Origin: Longimicrobiales bacterium
GTDB lineage: Bacteria > Gemmatimonadota > Gemmatimonadetes > Longimicrobiales > Gaopeijiaceae
Assembly (NCBI GenBank): GCA_965238005.1
Contig: OZ250165.1
Coordinates: 4,775,170 to 4,839,169 of the forward strand
Direction of reading: 5' to 3'
Length of the DNA stretch: 64,000 nucleotides
Under the pieces are notes generated by a model. That model made no database searches and was not told the DNA's origin. It saw only the letters and a list, made by a program, of their open reading frames with translations. The translations under genes were made by a program, and so were the position numbers. Shown here one piece after another: positions 42,194 through 51,042 of this stretch; the stretch's first letter is position 1, and every line of letters begins with the position of its first letter.

Positions 42194-42799
42194 ATGCTAT
42201 GGAAAAGAACAAAGATCTACTGGAACCTGGCTTTTCTCTGCGGCGACGTGTGGGCGCTCTCTAGATGGCTCTGGCCAGTGGGGCTTACCGTGCCGGTGAA
42301 TTTGGTGGGGTCAGATTACGCGGCGCTGTTCACGTTGTTCACCGGCTTGCTAGCTATCATCAACTGGCCATGGATACGCCGCCTTAGGTCAGCAAATCGA
42401 TTTCACGATTTGACCACTGAAATCAAAGCTGCTCACGCTTCATTCATGGAGGGCGATACTGCATCCTGGGACGGTGGGAGCCTAGATTTCACCGGTAAGA
42501 CTAGGGCGGAAATTCTGGTGATAATGCACAAGCTAGGATCACTTGATGTCCCGTGCCCCCAAATGGACGTAGATGTGTTGCGCAACTGGTTTCCGGTGAT
42601 TCAATCGATGGCAGAGACAAAGAGGCTCGCGGCTGCCAGGGCTATAACCCTGCCTCCCTTGTCCGCCGACGCCGGTTCGGCCGAATGGTCGGTTTCTATT
42701 CTAGAGCCTACAGTCACCCTCACGAGAGCCCGGCGGCCTGTGCGGATCAAGAACTGGATGAAAAAGCTGTGGGAAACTCTTGCGGGTTCCGTGAACTAA
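42194..42799 (+). CDS. Membrane-anchored hypothetical passenger protein
   Basis: Hydrophobic N-terminal segments; preceded by TTGACG-17 nt-TAGCAT starting in the inverted repeat. Confidence 0.55.
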   Translation: MLWKRTKIYWNLAFLCGDVWALSRWLWPVGLTVPVNLVGSDYAALFTLFTGLLAIINWPWIRRLRSANRFHDLTTEIKAAHASFMEGDTASWDGGSLDFTGKTRAEILVIMHKLGSLDVPCPQMDVDVLRNWFPVIQSMAETKRLAAARAITLPPLSADAGSAEWSVSILEPTVTLTRARRPVRIKNWMKKLWETLAGSVN

Positions 42800-42877
42800 G
42801 TGAGTTGGAGCTTGGCTTTCAGGTACTCCATGCCCCGGTCGCCAAATCGTCTTAGGCTTCCAATTGGGGGCGGCCAC

Positions 42878-43762
42878 CTAGGCCACCAGCTCGCGGTAGG
42901 TGAGCGGGTCGGTGTTCACGATGCGCCGGAGGGTGTCGCGGAAGATGTTGGGGTTGTCGCGGTTGTTATAGCGCCATTCCAGTTCTTCCAAATAGCGGTC
43001 CATGTGCTTGGCGCTGATCTTGTGGAACGATCCTACGATAGAGCGCTTGAAGAGGCTCCAGACGCCTTCAATGCCGTTGGTGTGGACGTCGCCCAGGACC
43101 CATTCCTCTTCGGAGTGCCTGACGGTCTCATGGCGGGTGTCGTCGTCAGCGATCCCGAGGTAGGACTTGAGTTCATCGGTGTAGATTGCCTCGGCCTCGT
43201 CTCTGACGGTGCGGGCGATGAAGTCATGAAGGGTGTGCTTCCGGATGTTGGGGATGCGCTCAAGGCGTACCTGACCGCCGCGTTGGATGGCCCCGGCCAC
43301 CCAGGTCTTGTTGCCCTTGTAGGCGGGACCCTTGCCCCTGGTCTTTCCGCCCACCAAGGTCTCGTCAACTTCGACGATGCCGAAGAGCGTAGGGCCGGTG
43401 AACGGGTCGTTGCCCATCGCCTCGCGGATGCGGTGGCAGAGGTACCAGGCCGTCCTGTAGGCCACGCCGATTGTCCGGTGCAACTGGTGGGCGCTCATGC
43501 CTTTCTTGGACTGGCAGAGCAGGTAGATTGCGGCGAACCACTTCCGGAGCGGCAGGTGCGAGTCGTGCATGATCGTGCCGGACTTCACGCTGAAGTGGTA
43601 GCCGCATCCGATGCAGTGCCACTGGCCCCTGCCTTTGATCGGGCTCACGTCCATATCGCCGCACCGGGTGCACGCGACACCACTGGGCCAACGCAGAGCC
43701 TCCAGGTGCTTCCGGCAGGTGTCCTCGTTAGCGAAACGATCCAGTAGGGAGACGATGTCCAT
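42878..43762 (-). CDS. IS1595 transposase
   Basis: Zn ribbon, VEVDETLVGG, IYTDE, HTNGIEGVWS, HMDRYLEE. Confidence 0.95.
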   Translation of the reverse strand: MDIVSLLDRFANEDTCRKHLEALRWPSGVACTRCGDMDVSPIKGRGQWHCIGCGYHFSVKSGTIMHDSHLPLRKWFAAIYLLCQSKKGMSAHQLHRTIGVAYRTAWYLCHRIREAMGNDPFTGPTLFGIVEVDETLVGGKTRGKGPAYKGNKTWVAGAIQRGGQVRLERIPNIRKHTLHDFIARTVRDEAEAIYTDELKSYLGIADDDTRHETVRHSEEEWVLGDVHTNGIEGVWSLFKRSIVGSFHKISAKHMDRYLEELEWRYNNRDNPNIFRDTLRRIVNTDPLTYRELVA

Positions 43763-43919
43763 GAATCAGACTCCTAAGAAAAAGCAGAAGCTTACGAAGG
43801 TAGATATGGATGACGTGAAGCTAGCTGAGAAGGTGTTTGGCAAACGGCTGAAAAAAGAGCTCGACCGAGTGGCTGAAACCGCTGGCAGGAAAGGCGTTAC
43901 GAAGTCCATACATGAATAG
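43761..43919 (+). CDS. Small Lys-rich ORF divergent from the transposase
   Basis: 52 aa MNQTPKKKQK..LAEKVFGKRLKKELDR; its ATG shares a CATG with the transposase start. Confidence 0.4.
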   Translation: MNQTPKKKQKLTKVDMDDVKLAEKVFGKRLKKELDRVAETAGRKGVTKSIHE

Positions 43920-43952
43920 TAACACCCACACAGGATTGTGTCAAGTGCATAA

Positions 43953-44996
43953 TTACCAATTGTCGTCGTGAATCGTGACCGTCACCGCCTTGCTCGCGAC
44001 CCAACGCTGCCCGTCGTGCGTGAAGTCCTCCGGCACGAACGTCACCAAATCTGGAATCCCCTGGTAGTCCCCCCCCTCCGCGAGCGTCCCGGGCGTCGCC
44101 GTCACCGACAGTTTGGAGAGGACGACCTGGAAATTGGAGTCGGGCTTGACACCGCCGGTCGCGGTCTCCGCGACCACCTCGAACTGGACGTCGCCCGCGG
44201 CCTCCGCGAACGACAGCGCCGTCTCGGCCCACCGGACGGTCAGCGCGCCGGCGAAGGTGACGCTCTGCTCGGCGGTCGCCCCGCCGCCGATCAGGTTCTT
44301 CGCCCGCAGCTTGTACGTCACGGTGGTATTGGGAGCTGCGCCTCGTGAAAGGACGTGGCTGGTCAGGCTCTCGCTGTTCCGAATGTCCGTCCAGTCGTAG
44401 TAGGTCCCATCCCCTTGCTTGTACTGGTACTGATACCCGAGGATAGGGCTGCCCCCCTCGTTGCTCGGCGGTTGCCACGCAAGCGTCGCGCTCGAGAACC
44501 CGGCCGTCGCCGTGAACTCCTGCGGCGCGTCCGGAACGGTGGCCGCGGTACCGCCCGCCGTGCCCTTGATCTGGATGCGTGCTTCTTTGCTACTCGTGGT
44601 CCAATCGCCGGTGTCGCTTAACTTATAGTGACGCTCGTTGTTGATGCTCCACTCGTTGGCCGGATTGGCATCCAGTTTGTCGGTAGTCGTAGTTCCAAGC
44701 GAGTAAAAGCCTGCGGTAGCCTCGAACACGACGAAATACTCCGTCTCCTTCGCAAGCGTCGCGTTGGGCAGCGCGGTGAAGGTGTTGAGGCTCTTGTCGG
44801 TGATCATCCCGGTAAGGACGTGCTCGCTGGAGCCCGGGTCGCCGTCCGAATCCGCCGTGTAAACGCTCACCCGCGCCGCGTCCGAGCCCTCGAAGTTTCT
44901 TATGTAGGCGACGACTTCCGTCAGCGTATAGCCGCCCTCGTTGTCGCCCGTGGTGAATTGCTGCGCTTGAGTGAACGTGTTGTTTCCAGAGGGGCC
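43953..44996 (-). pseudogene. Internal fragment of a large surface protein (choice-of-anchor-R-like, FN3 and Calx-beta-like modules)
   Basis: AQQFTTGDNEGGYTLTEV.., VPDAPQ..LAWQPPSNEGGSPI; cut by IS481 upstream and IS1595 downstream. Confidence 0.8.
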
Positions 44997-45164
44997 GGTA
45001 CAGCCTACCCTGATCCTTTACACAATGGCCTACACTGATGGTTGACAGGTTCCTATCAACCAAGGGTTCTGCAACTAGGAGAGCCCGATGGACTGGAACC
45101 AGTCGACCATGTACGAGCAAAGAGTACGCTTCATCCTCGAAGTGCAGCAACGCACGTTCAGTTT

Positions 45165-46621
45165 GAAGCTGTCCCAACCGTAGTTGAAGGTTCCTGATAG
45201 GGGAGAAAGAAAAGTGGTGGCTCCGGGGGTCCCGGGCCGATAGGCTCGGGTAGGCAAAAACCCCAACACGGAGCCACCACGATGAAGAGAACGTACGAGG
45301 TAAGGGATCGGGCGGACAAGCGCGCGATCAGGGAGTTCCTGAAGCGGGAGGGGCAGTTTCTGCTTCCGATGCTTGAGCTCGTGGAGCAGACGGAGGTCGC
45401 GATCGACGAAGTCATCCAGGTGATGGGACGAGCGACGATCGAAGCGGTGCTGGAGATGAGCGCCGAGGGTGTGGCAGGCGTGAAGCAGGCAGGTCGGTCA
45501 CGAGCGGAAGACGACACGGTGTGGTATGGCCGGCAGGGTGGTGTGGTTTACCTGTCGGACCGGAAGGTGCGTGTGGAGCGGCCACGGCTCAGGCGCCGGG
45601 GCGCCGGGGAGGGTGGCGAGGTCGAGGTGCCGGCGTACGCAGCGATGCGGAGACCGGGCGCCGTGGCGGATCGGATGCTCGAGGTCCTGATGGCGGGGGT
45701 GAGCACGCGGAAGTACGGCCGTGTGATCGGTGAGATGGCCGACACGGTCGGGGTGAGCAAGTCGGCGGTGAGCCGTGAGACGGTCGAGGCCTCGGAGCGC
45801 GTGCTGAAGGAGCTGATGGAGCGCCGGCTGGATGCGTGGGACCTCCTGGTGATCTACCTGGACGGGATCCAGATGGGCTCGCACCACGTGCTTGCTGCGG
45901 TAGGCGTGGACTCAGACGGAAAGAAGCACGTGCTGGGCGTGAGGGAAGGAGCGAGTGAGAACGCCGAGGTGACCAGCGCGCTCCTAGAGGATCTGGTCGA
46001 GCGCGGCCTGGACCCGGGCAGGCGGCGGCTGTTCGTGATCGATGGCTCGAAAGCGCCCAGGAAGGCGATCGAGAAGGTGTTCGGCCAACGTCACCCCATC
46101 CAGCGCTGCCGCAACCACAAGCTCCGCAACGTGCTGGGTCATCTGCCGAAGGATCAGCATCCTCAGGTGAAGGCGGCGTTCCGGGCGGCGATGAAGCTGG
46201 ACGCGAAGCAGGGCGAGCAGAAGCTCGAGCAGCTCGCCCGATGGCTCGAGCGCGACCACCCCTCGGCCTCGGCCAGCCTACGCGAAGGCCTCAGCGAGAT
46301 GTTCACGATCAACCGGCTCGGCCTCCCGCCGCGGCTGAGGAAGTGCCTGGGCTCGACCAACCTGATCGACAGCACCCACTCGGGCGTAAGACAGAAGACC
46401 CGCAGGGTGACCAACTGGAAGAACGGAGCGATGGCCTTGCGCTGGGCTGCGGCCTCGTTCGTGGAGACCGAGAAGAGCTACCGGAGGATCATCGGCTACG
46501 ACCAGCTCTGGATGCTCAGGGCCCACCTCGACGACCATGAACCGGTTGCCGAAATGAGAAAGGCAGGCTAACAAGGAGACTCTCCGGAGCCACCACCTTC
46601 AACTGTCAGCGGGACACCATC
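45165..46621 (+). mobile_element. IS256-family element
   Basis: Inverted repeats GAAGCTGTCCCAACCGTAGTTGAAGG / reverse complement GATGGTGTCCCGCTGACAGTTGAAGG; 8-bp duplication TTCAGTTT (45157-45164, 46622-46629). Confidence 0.95.
45282..46571 (+). CDS. IS256 (mutator-type) transposase
   Basis: GVSTR, IYLDG, VIDGSK, QRCRNHK, STNLIDS. Confidence 0.95.
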   Translation: MKRTYEVRDRADKRAIREFLKREGQFLLPMLELVEQTEVAIDEVIQVMGRATIEAVLEMSAEGVAGVKQAGRSRAEDDTVWYGRQGGVVYLSDRKVRVERPRLRRRGAGEGGEVEVPAYAAMRRPGAVADRMLEVLMAGVSTRKYGRVIGEMADTVGVSKSAVSRETVEASERVLKELMERRLDAWDLLVIYLDGIQMGSHHVLAAVGVDSDGKKHVLGVREGASENAEVTSALLEDLVERGLDPGRRRLFVIDGSKAPRKAIEKVFGQRHPIQRCRNHKLRNVLGHLPKDQHPQVKAAFRAAMKLDAKQGEQKLEQLARWLERDHPSASASLREGLSEMFTINRLGLPPRLRKCLGSTNLIDSTHSGVRQKTRRVTNWKNGAMALRWAAASFVETEKSYRRIIGYDQLWMLRAHLDDHEPVAEMRKAG

Positions 46622-47997
46622 TTCAGTTTCGCCGAGTCCTGTAGACGCTACGGCATCAGCAGGACCGCGGGATACACGTGGTGGACACGGTTTCTCGCGG
46701 AGGGATTCGAGGGGCTCCATGACCGATCGCACCGACCCCATCACTGCCCCCACGCCGTAGCAGAGCCGATTGTAGAACACGTCGTCGATCTGCGTCAGCG
46801 CTACGGATGGGGATCACGCAAGATCCGCAAACTCACAGCTGTGAAGTTCGGCTCGGCACCAGCTCGCAGAACGATCGATCGTATTTTCGAGCGTCACGAT
46901 CTGATCACGAAGAAGCGTAGACGCTCCGGCAAACCGGGCCATCCCGGCAAGCCGCTCACCCCCATGGATGAGCCTAATGCGGTCTGGACCGTCGACTTCA
47001 AAGGTCAGTTCAAGATGCGCAACGGCCGATACTGCTATCCCCTCACCATCCAGGACGGCTTCAGCCGATTCCTGCTCGAGTGCAGAGGCCTGTATTCCAC
47101 ATCGATCGAGCTCGCCAAGCCTGTATTCATCAAGACTTTCCGTGAGTTCGGCCTACCCGCCGTCATCCGCTCCGACAACGGCACGCCCTTCGCTTCCATC
47201 GGCCTCGCTCGACTCACACGGCTCAGCGCCTGGTGGATCCGTCTCGGTATCCGTCCTGAGACCATCGAGCCCGGAAAGCCGCAGCAGAACGGCCGCCACG
47301 AACGCATGCACAGAACTCTCAAGCGCGAAGCCACTCGCCCGCCCAAGGCCAACCTCAGTGCCCAGCAGCGCCACTTCAACGACTTCCGCCACACCTTCAA
47401 TCACATCCGCCCGCACGAGGCTCTCGACGATGCGACTCCCCAATCAGTCTACCGATCGGCTCTTAGAGCTTACCCCGAGACCCTCCCTCCTCTCGAGTAC
47501 CCCGAACACTTCGAGGTCCGTAAAGTCTCTACAAATGGAGGCATCCGATGGCACTCGCGTTGGATCAACATCAGCTCGGCGCTGGGCAACGAGTTCGTCG
47601 GCCTCGAGCCCATCGGTCCCGCGCTGTGGCAGCTCTACTTCGGTCCCACTACCCTCGGGTGGTTTGACGAAGAACTCTTCGTCATTTTCGACACCCACGG
47701 CAACACAGGACGTAACCCAATCTGTTAACCATCAGCTGGCACCATTGTGTTAACCATCAGGTGCGCTGTTCAACCTGTGGAGGGCCGTGAAGGACGGGCA
47801 TCCTCAGGAACCAGGGCGAAGCTGACTTCGCGCGATCGACAGGACTGCTCAAGCAGCCCGCGTCTAACTCTCCCCAGCCCAAGGAGGTGATGCCCACACA
47901 GCTTTAAAGACCGGGTGCGCAACTTTGGGTGTCCCACTACTATGGGTCCGCGATCGGCCTCGCCAGCTGCCAACGTGATTTTGGATATCGTCCCCGA

Positions 47998-48028
47998 TTG
48001 ACGTTGGTAGGCCAATGGCCTATATATT
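47998..48028 (+). promoter_or_regulatory. Sigma-70 promoter with a palindromic operator for the toxin-antitoxin operon
   Basis: TTGACG-17 nt-TATATA(TT); perfect palindrome TAGGCCA-A-TGGCCTA at 48008-48022 between the boxes. Confidence 0.75.
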
Positions 48029-48032
48029 CGCC

Positions 48033-48314
48033 ATGGCGTTCGAGTGGGACGATGCCAAGAGCAATGACTGTTTCCTGCGTCGCGGCTTCGATTTCGCGTA
48101 TGCTATCCGAGCGTTCCTTGATGCGAACCGGATCGACGGTCGGGACCACCGCTGGGACTACGGTGAGGATCGCTACCGGCTTCTCGGGGCTATCGAAGGA
48201 CGGGTGTTCGTCCTGATCTATACGATGCGCGGTTCTGCCATGCGCATCATTTCGGCCCGTAAGGCCAACAAGAAGGAGGTTTGGGAATATGAGCACGGTG
48301 CGCGTCAGGATTGA
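48033..48314 (+). CDS. BrnT-family toxin
   Basis: FEWDDAK, GFDF, DYGEDRY, YTMRG..RIISARKANKKE. Confidence 0.92.
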   Translation: MAFEWDDAKSNDCFLRRGFDFAYAIRAFLDANRIDGRDHRWDYGEDRYRLLGAIEGRVFVLIYTMRGSAMRIISARKANKKEVWEYEHGARQD

Positions 48315-48624
48315 TCCCAGCGACCCGGGAAGCCTGCCCGAGGGAAGAATCGACCATGCGGTGCTGGACAACACGACCGAGAGTGATCTCACCCTGCAGC
48401 AGGACCAGGACGACGCCGAAGCGATGCAGGACACGGCACGGTATGCACGCCGGATTCGCGAGCGCCTTGGACTGACGCAGATCGAATTCGCCCGGCGGAT
48501 CGACGTGCCGCACGAAACGATCCGCAACTGGGAGCAGGGGAAGCGTTGCCCGACCGGCGCCGCGAGAGCCTTGCTGAGGATTCTCGACAAAGCCCCCGAG
48601 TCGGCTCTCCGCGCACTGACCTGA
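48289..48624 (+). CDS. XRE/HigA-type HTH antitoxin
   Basis: IRERLGLTQIEFA..TIRNWEQGKRCP.GAARALL; overlaps the toxin 3' end. Confidence 0.9.
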   Translation: MSTVRVRIDPSDPGSLPEGRIDHAVLDNTTESDLTLQQDQDDAEAMQDTARYARRIRERLGLTQIEFARRIDVPHETIRNWEQGKRCPTGAARALLRILDKAPESALRALT

Positions 48625-48860
48625 GAGTCGTCGCGGAAGCCGGCGGGACCTCCTCGCACTCCGGCTCGTACGTGGCGAGCTCGAAGATGAAGATGTCCCC
48701 TTGTGGCACCCGGTAGCCGAGGCCTACGCCGACAACCAATGGTGAGGTGCAGTGCGCCGTTCTTGATCGGTGGAGGTCGGTCGGCCTAACGTGCCAACCG
48801 CCGCAAGACGGCCAGAGACGTCATTCGAATGACTGATCCCGTGTTCGCAAGGCTCGAGTA

Positions 48861-48954
48861 CCCGCTATTCGATGCCGTTTTCACGCTATTTCGGCGTGAC
48901 GGGACCAGATGTCGTCAAACGGCAAGTGCAGCAGATCGCGCAGTCTGGTTGAAC
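48861..48954 (+). repeat. Second copy of the conserved non-coding element at 15601-15695
   Basis: Direct alignment; contains CCCGCTATT and CACGCTATT repeats 21 nt apart. Confidence 0.8.
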
Positions 48955-49266
48955 CGGCGAATGATTCAGTAACCCGTTGCTACGCTGGCGGTTAGCCGGT
49001 CACCGATACGCTGTGGATCACTTCGGATATACAAAACGAACGGGCGGCTGCAGCAGGGGTTGGCCGCGCCCGATACGAGGCGTCGCCGGGTGAGCGCCGA
49101 CCGAAGGTAGCCGTTCGGTCGTGGTGTGATGACGCGGACCGGGAGGAGGTTGAAAGTGGCTGCCATCAAAGGAGTCCGGTCGCCCGTGCGCACCGAGCCT
49201 CACCCGTCGGCAGGGTGATTCCATACCTCGACCGAACGGTTACGACCGAAGCGATCCCACTTTGGC

Positions 49267-49449
49267 CGACTCATGGACGACCGGTCGGCCTATCTGGCCA
49301 GCGAGCGTCGAAACCGGGAGGCCGCTGGTCCGGTCCGTTGAAACGCCGCGCCCATTAGCCGTCAGCAGCTCGGGGCGTCGGAGAGGAGAGCGTGCCGGGT
49401 GCTCGGGCAGCCACGCACGACCCAGGAATGGGCAGACTATCTGGACCGG
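49267..49449 (+). pseudogene. Two tiny integrase 3'-tail remnants (49267-49341 and 49423-49449)
   Basis: RLMDDRSAYLAS..* and QEWADYLDR; the second shares GACTATCTGGACCGG with 19173-19187. Confidence 0.6.
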
Positions 49450-49575
49450 TGTGCAGTATCGTCCAGTTAAGTCCATAAATGACTGTGATAACAGTAAGTT
49501 ACGAGCATAGACTAGCAACGCACCCCGCTCACAACATCCATTGATATCCATTCCCATCCCCTATATTATGCGGGG

Positions 49576-50793
49576 ATGGTTACTGTAACGAACAAGGCCA
49601 CTCCGCCGCGGAAAACCAAGCCCAAGGGCCGCCATCCAGACAAGGCCCTGTCGGCCGCCTTCGTGCGCACTGCCCCGCCTGGAAGACACGCGGACGGCAA
49701 CGGGTTGTACCTCTTCGTCCAGCCGAGCGGAACCCGAAGCTGGATTCAGCGCCTGGTCATCCGGGGTCGGCGCCGCGAGCTCGGGCTCGGCAGCGTCGCG
49801 CTGGTCTCCCTCGCCGAGGCCCGGGAAAAGGCGCTGGCCAACCGTAAGCTGGCCCGCGAGGGCGGCGACCCGCTTGCCGAGAAGCGTCGTAGGCAGGGCG
49901 TACCGAGCTTCGCCGAAGCCACCGCGCGTGTGGTAGAACAGAAGCAAGCCGGCTGGCGAAGTCGGGCGCACGGCCGCGAGTGGATCTTGACCTTCGAGCG
50001 GTACGCCTTCCCGCGCATCGGGAAGATGCCGGTCTCGGAGGTCACTAGCGCCGACGTGCTGGAGATCCTCGCTCCCATCTGGCACACGAAGGCGGACACC
50101 GCCCGGCGGTTGCGGCAGCGCATCCGCGCGGTGTTGGAGTGGGCGGTGGCGATGGAGTTCCGGATCGACAACCCCTGTGACCGGATTGGCCCGGTCCTGG
50201 GCCCACAGCATAACGTTGTGCAGCACATGCGGGCCTTGCCGCATCGCGAGGTGGCCGCGGCCATCCGGACGGCGCGGGAATCGACGGTTCCGCTGGCCGT
50301 CCGGCTGGCATTCGAGTTCCTGGTACTGACGGCCGCGCGATGGGGCGAGGTGCGGTGGGCGGAGTGGACCGAGATCGATCGGGAGAACGGCGTGTGGACC
50401 GTACCGGCTAAGCGGATGAAGTCGAACCGGGAGCACCGGGTGCCGCTGTGTGGCCGGGCCGTGGAGATTCTGGACGAGGCACGGACGCTCGTGGAGGGAA
50501 CCAGCCCGTTCCTGTTTCCCAATCGGGTCGGCAAGCAGCTCGAAGAGAAGCAACTGCGCCGGATGTTCCAGAAGCACGGGATCGCGGCCGTGCCACACGG
50601 TTTTCGCTCGAGCTTCCGGGACTGGGCGGCCGAGGAGACGAATCATCCGCGCGAGGTCATCGAAGCGGCCCTCGCACATGTGGTCCAGAACAGGGTCGAG
50701 GCGGCCTACCGGCGCACGGACCTGTTCGAGCGCCGACGTCGGCTCATGGACGACTGGGGGGCGTACCTCGCCGGTGGAGGTCGCCAGCCATAG
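49576..50793 (+). CDS. P4-type tyrosine integrase with arm-binding domain
   Basis: ADGNGLYL..RRELGLG arm domain, LTAARWGE, MKSNREHRVPL, HGFRSSFRDW, ALAH, AAY. Confidence 0.96.
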   Translation: MVTVTNKATPPRKTKPKGRHPDKALSAAFVRTAPPGRHADGNGLYLFVQPSGTRSWIQRLVIRGRRRELGLGSVALVSLAEAREKALANRKLAREGGDPLAEKRRRQGVPSFAEATARVVEQKQAGWRSRAHGREWILTFERYAFPRIGKMPVSEVTSADVLEILAPIWHTKADTARRLRQRIRAVLEWAVAMEFRIDNPCDRIGPVLGPQHNVVQHMRALPHREVAAAIRTARESTVPLAVRLAFEFLVLTAARWGEVRWAEWTEIDRENGVWTVPAKRMKSNREHRVPLCGRAVEILDEARTLVEGTSPFLFPNRVGKQLEEKQLRRMFQKHGIAAVPHGFRSSFRDWAAEETNHPREVIEAALAHVVQNRVEAAYRRTDLFERRRRLMDDWGAYLAGGGRQP

Positions 50794-51042
50794 CTTGCAG
50801 CCCGCCGTCACGGCACCGCAGGCGGAGACTAAGGTGCATGAGCCAGCTTACCCTTTGGGGCCACGCTTCGCGGGTCCCCGGCAGGGGCTGGCGGGGGGCT
50901 GTGCCCCCTCTGACCCCCAACTGCAACGGCACATCATGGACGCTGGACCGGGCGGGGGGCTCGTCCCCCCTCCGTCTCGCCGGCCCGTCCTGATGGCTGA
51001 TCGCCGCACCGTCGCCGCCGGCCGATTCGCTGCCGCGAACCA

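Larger units (their letters stand above)
42146..43957 (-). mobile_element. Second IS1595-family element with a passenger gene
   Basis: Ends GGTAATTATGCACTTGACACA (43957 inward) and GGTGATTCTGCACTTGACGCA (42146 inward), 18/21 identical. No matching target duplication, so the 42146 end is less certain. Confidence 0.7.
45088..47728 (+). pseudogene. IS481 transposase split by IS256 (45088-45164 plus 46630-47728)
   Basis: Rejoining gives an uninterrupted 391-aa ORF with WTVDFKG, IRSDNG and QNGRHERMHRTLK. Confidence 0.9.
44997..47772 (+). mobile_element. IS481-family element interrupted by IS256
   Basis: About 50-bp imperfect inverted repeats containing repeated CTGATGGTTAACA-type sites; transposase begins at 45088. 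Confidence 0.88.

Noticed and set aside
49450..49575. Possible tRNA or att core upstream of the P4-type integrase
   Set aside because: AT-rich and promoter-like, but I could not identify a tRNA fragment or a duplicated core.
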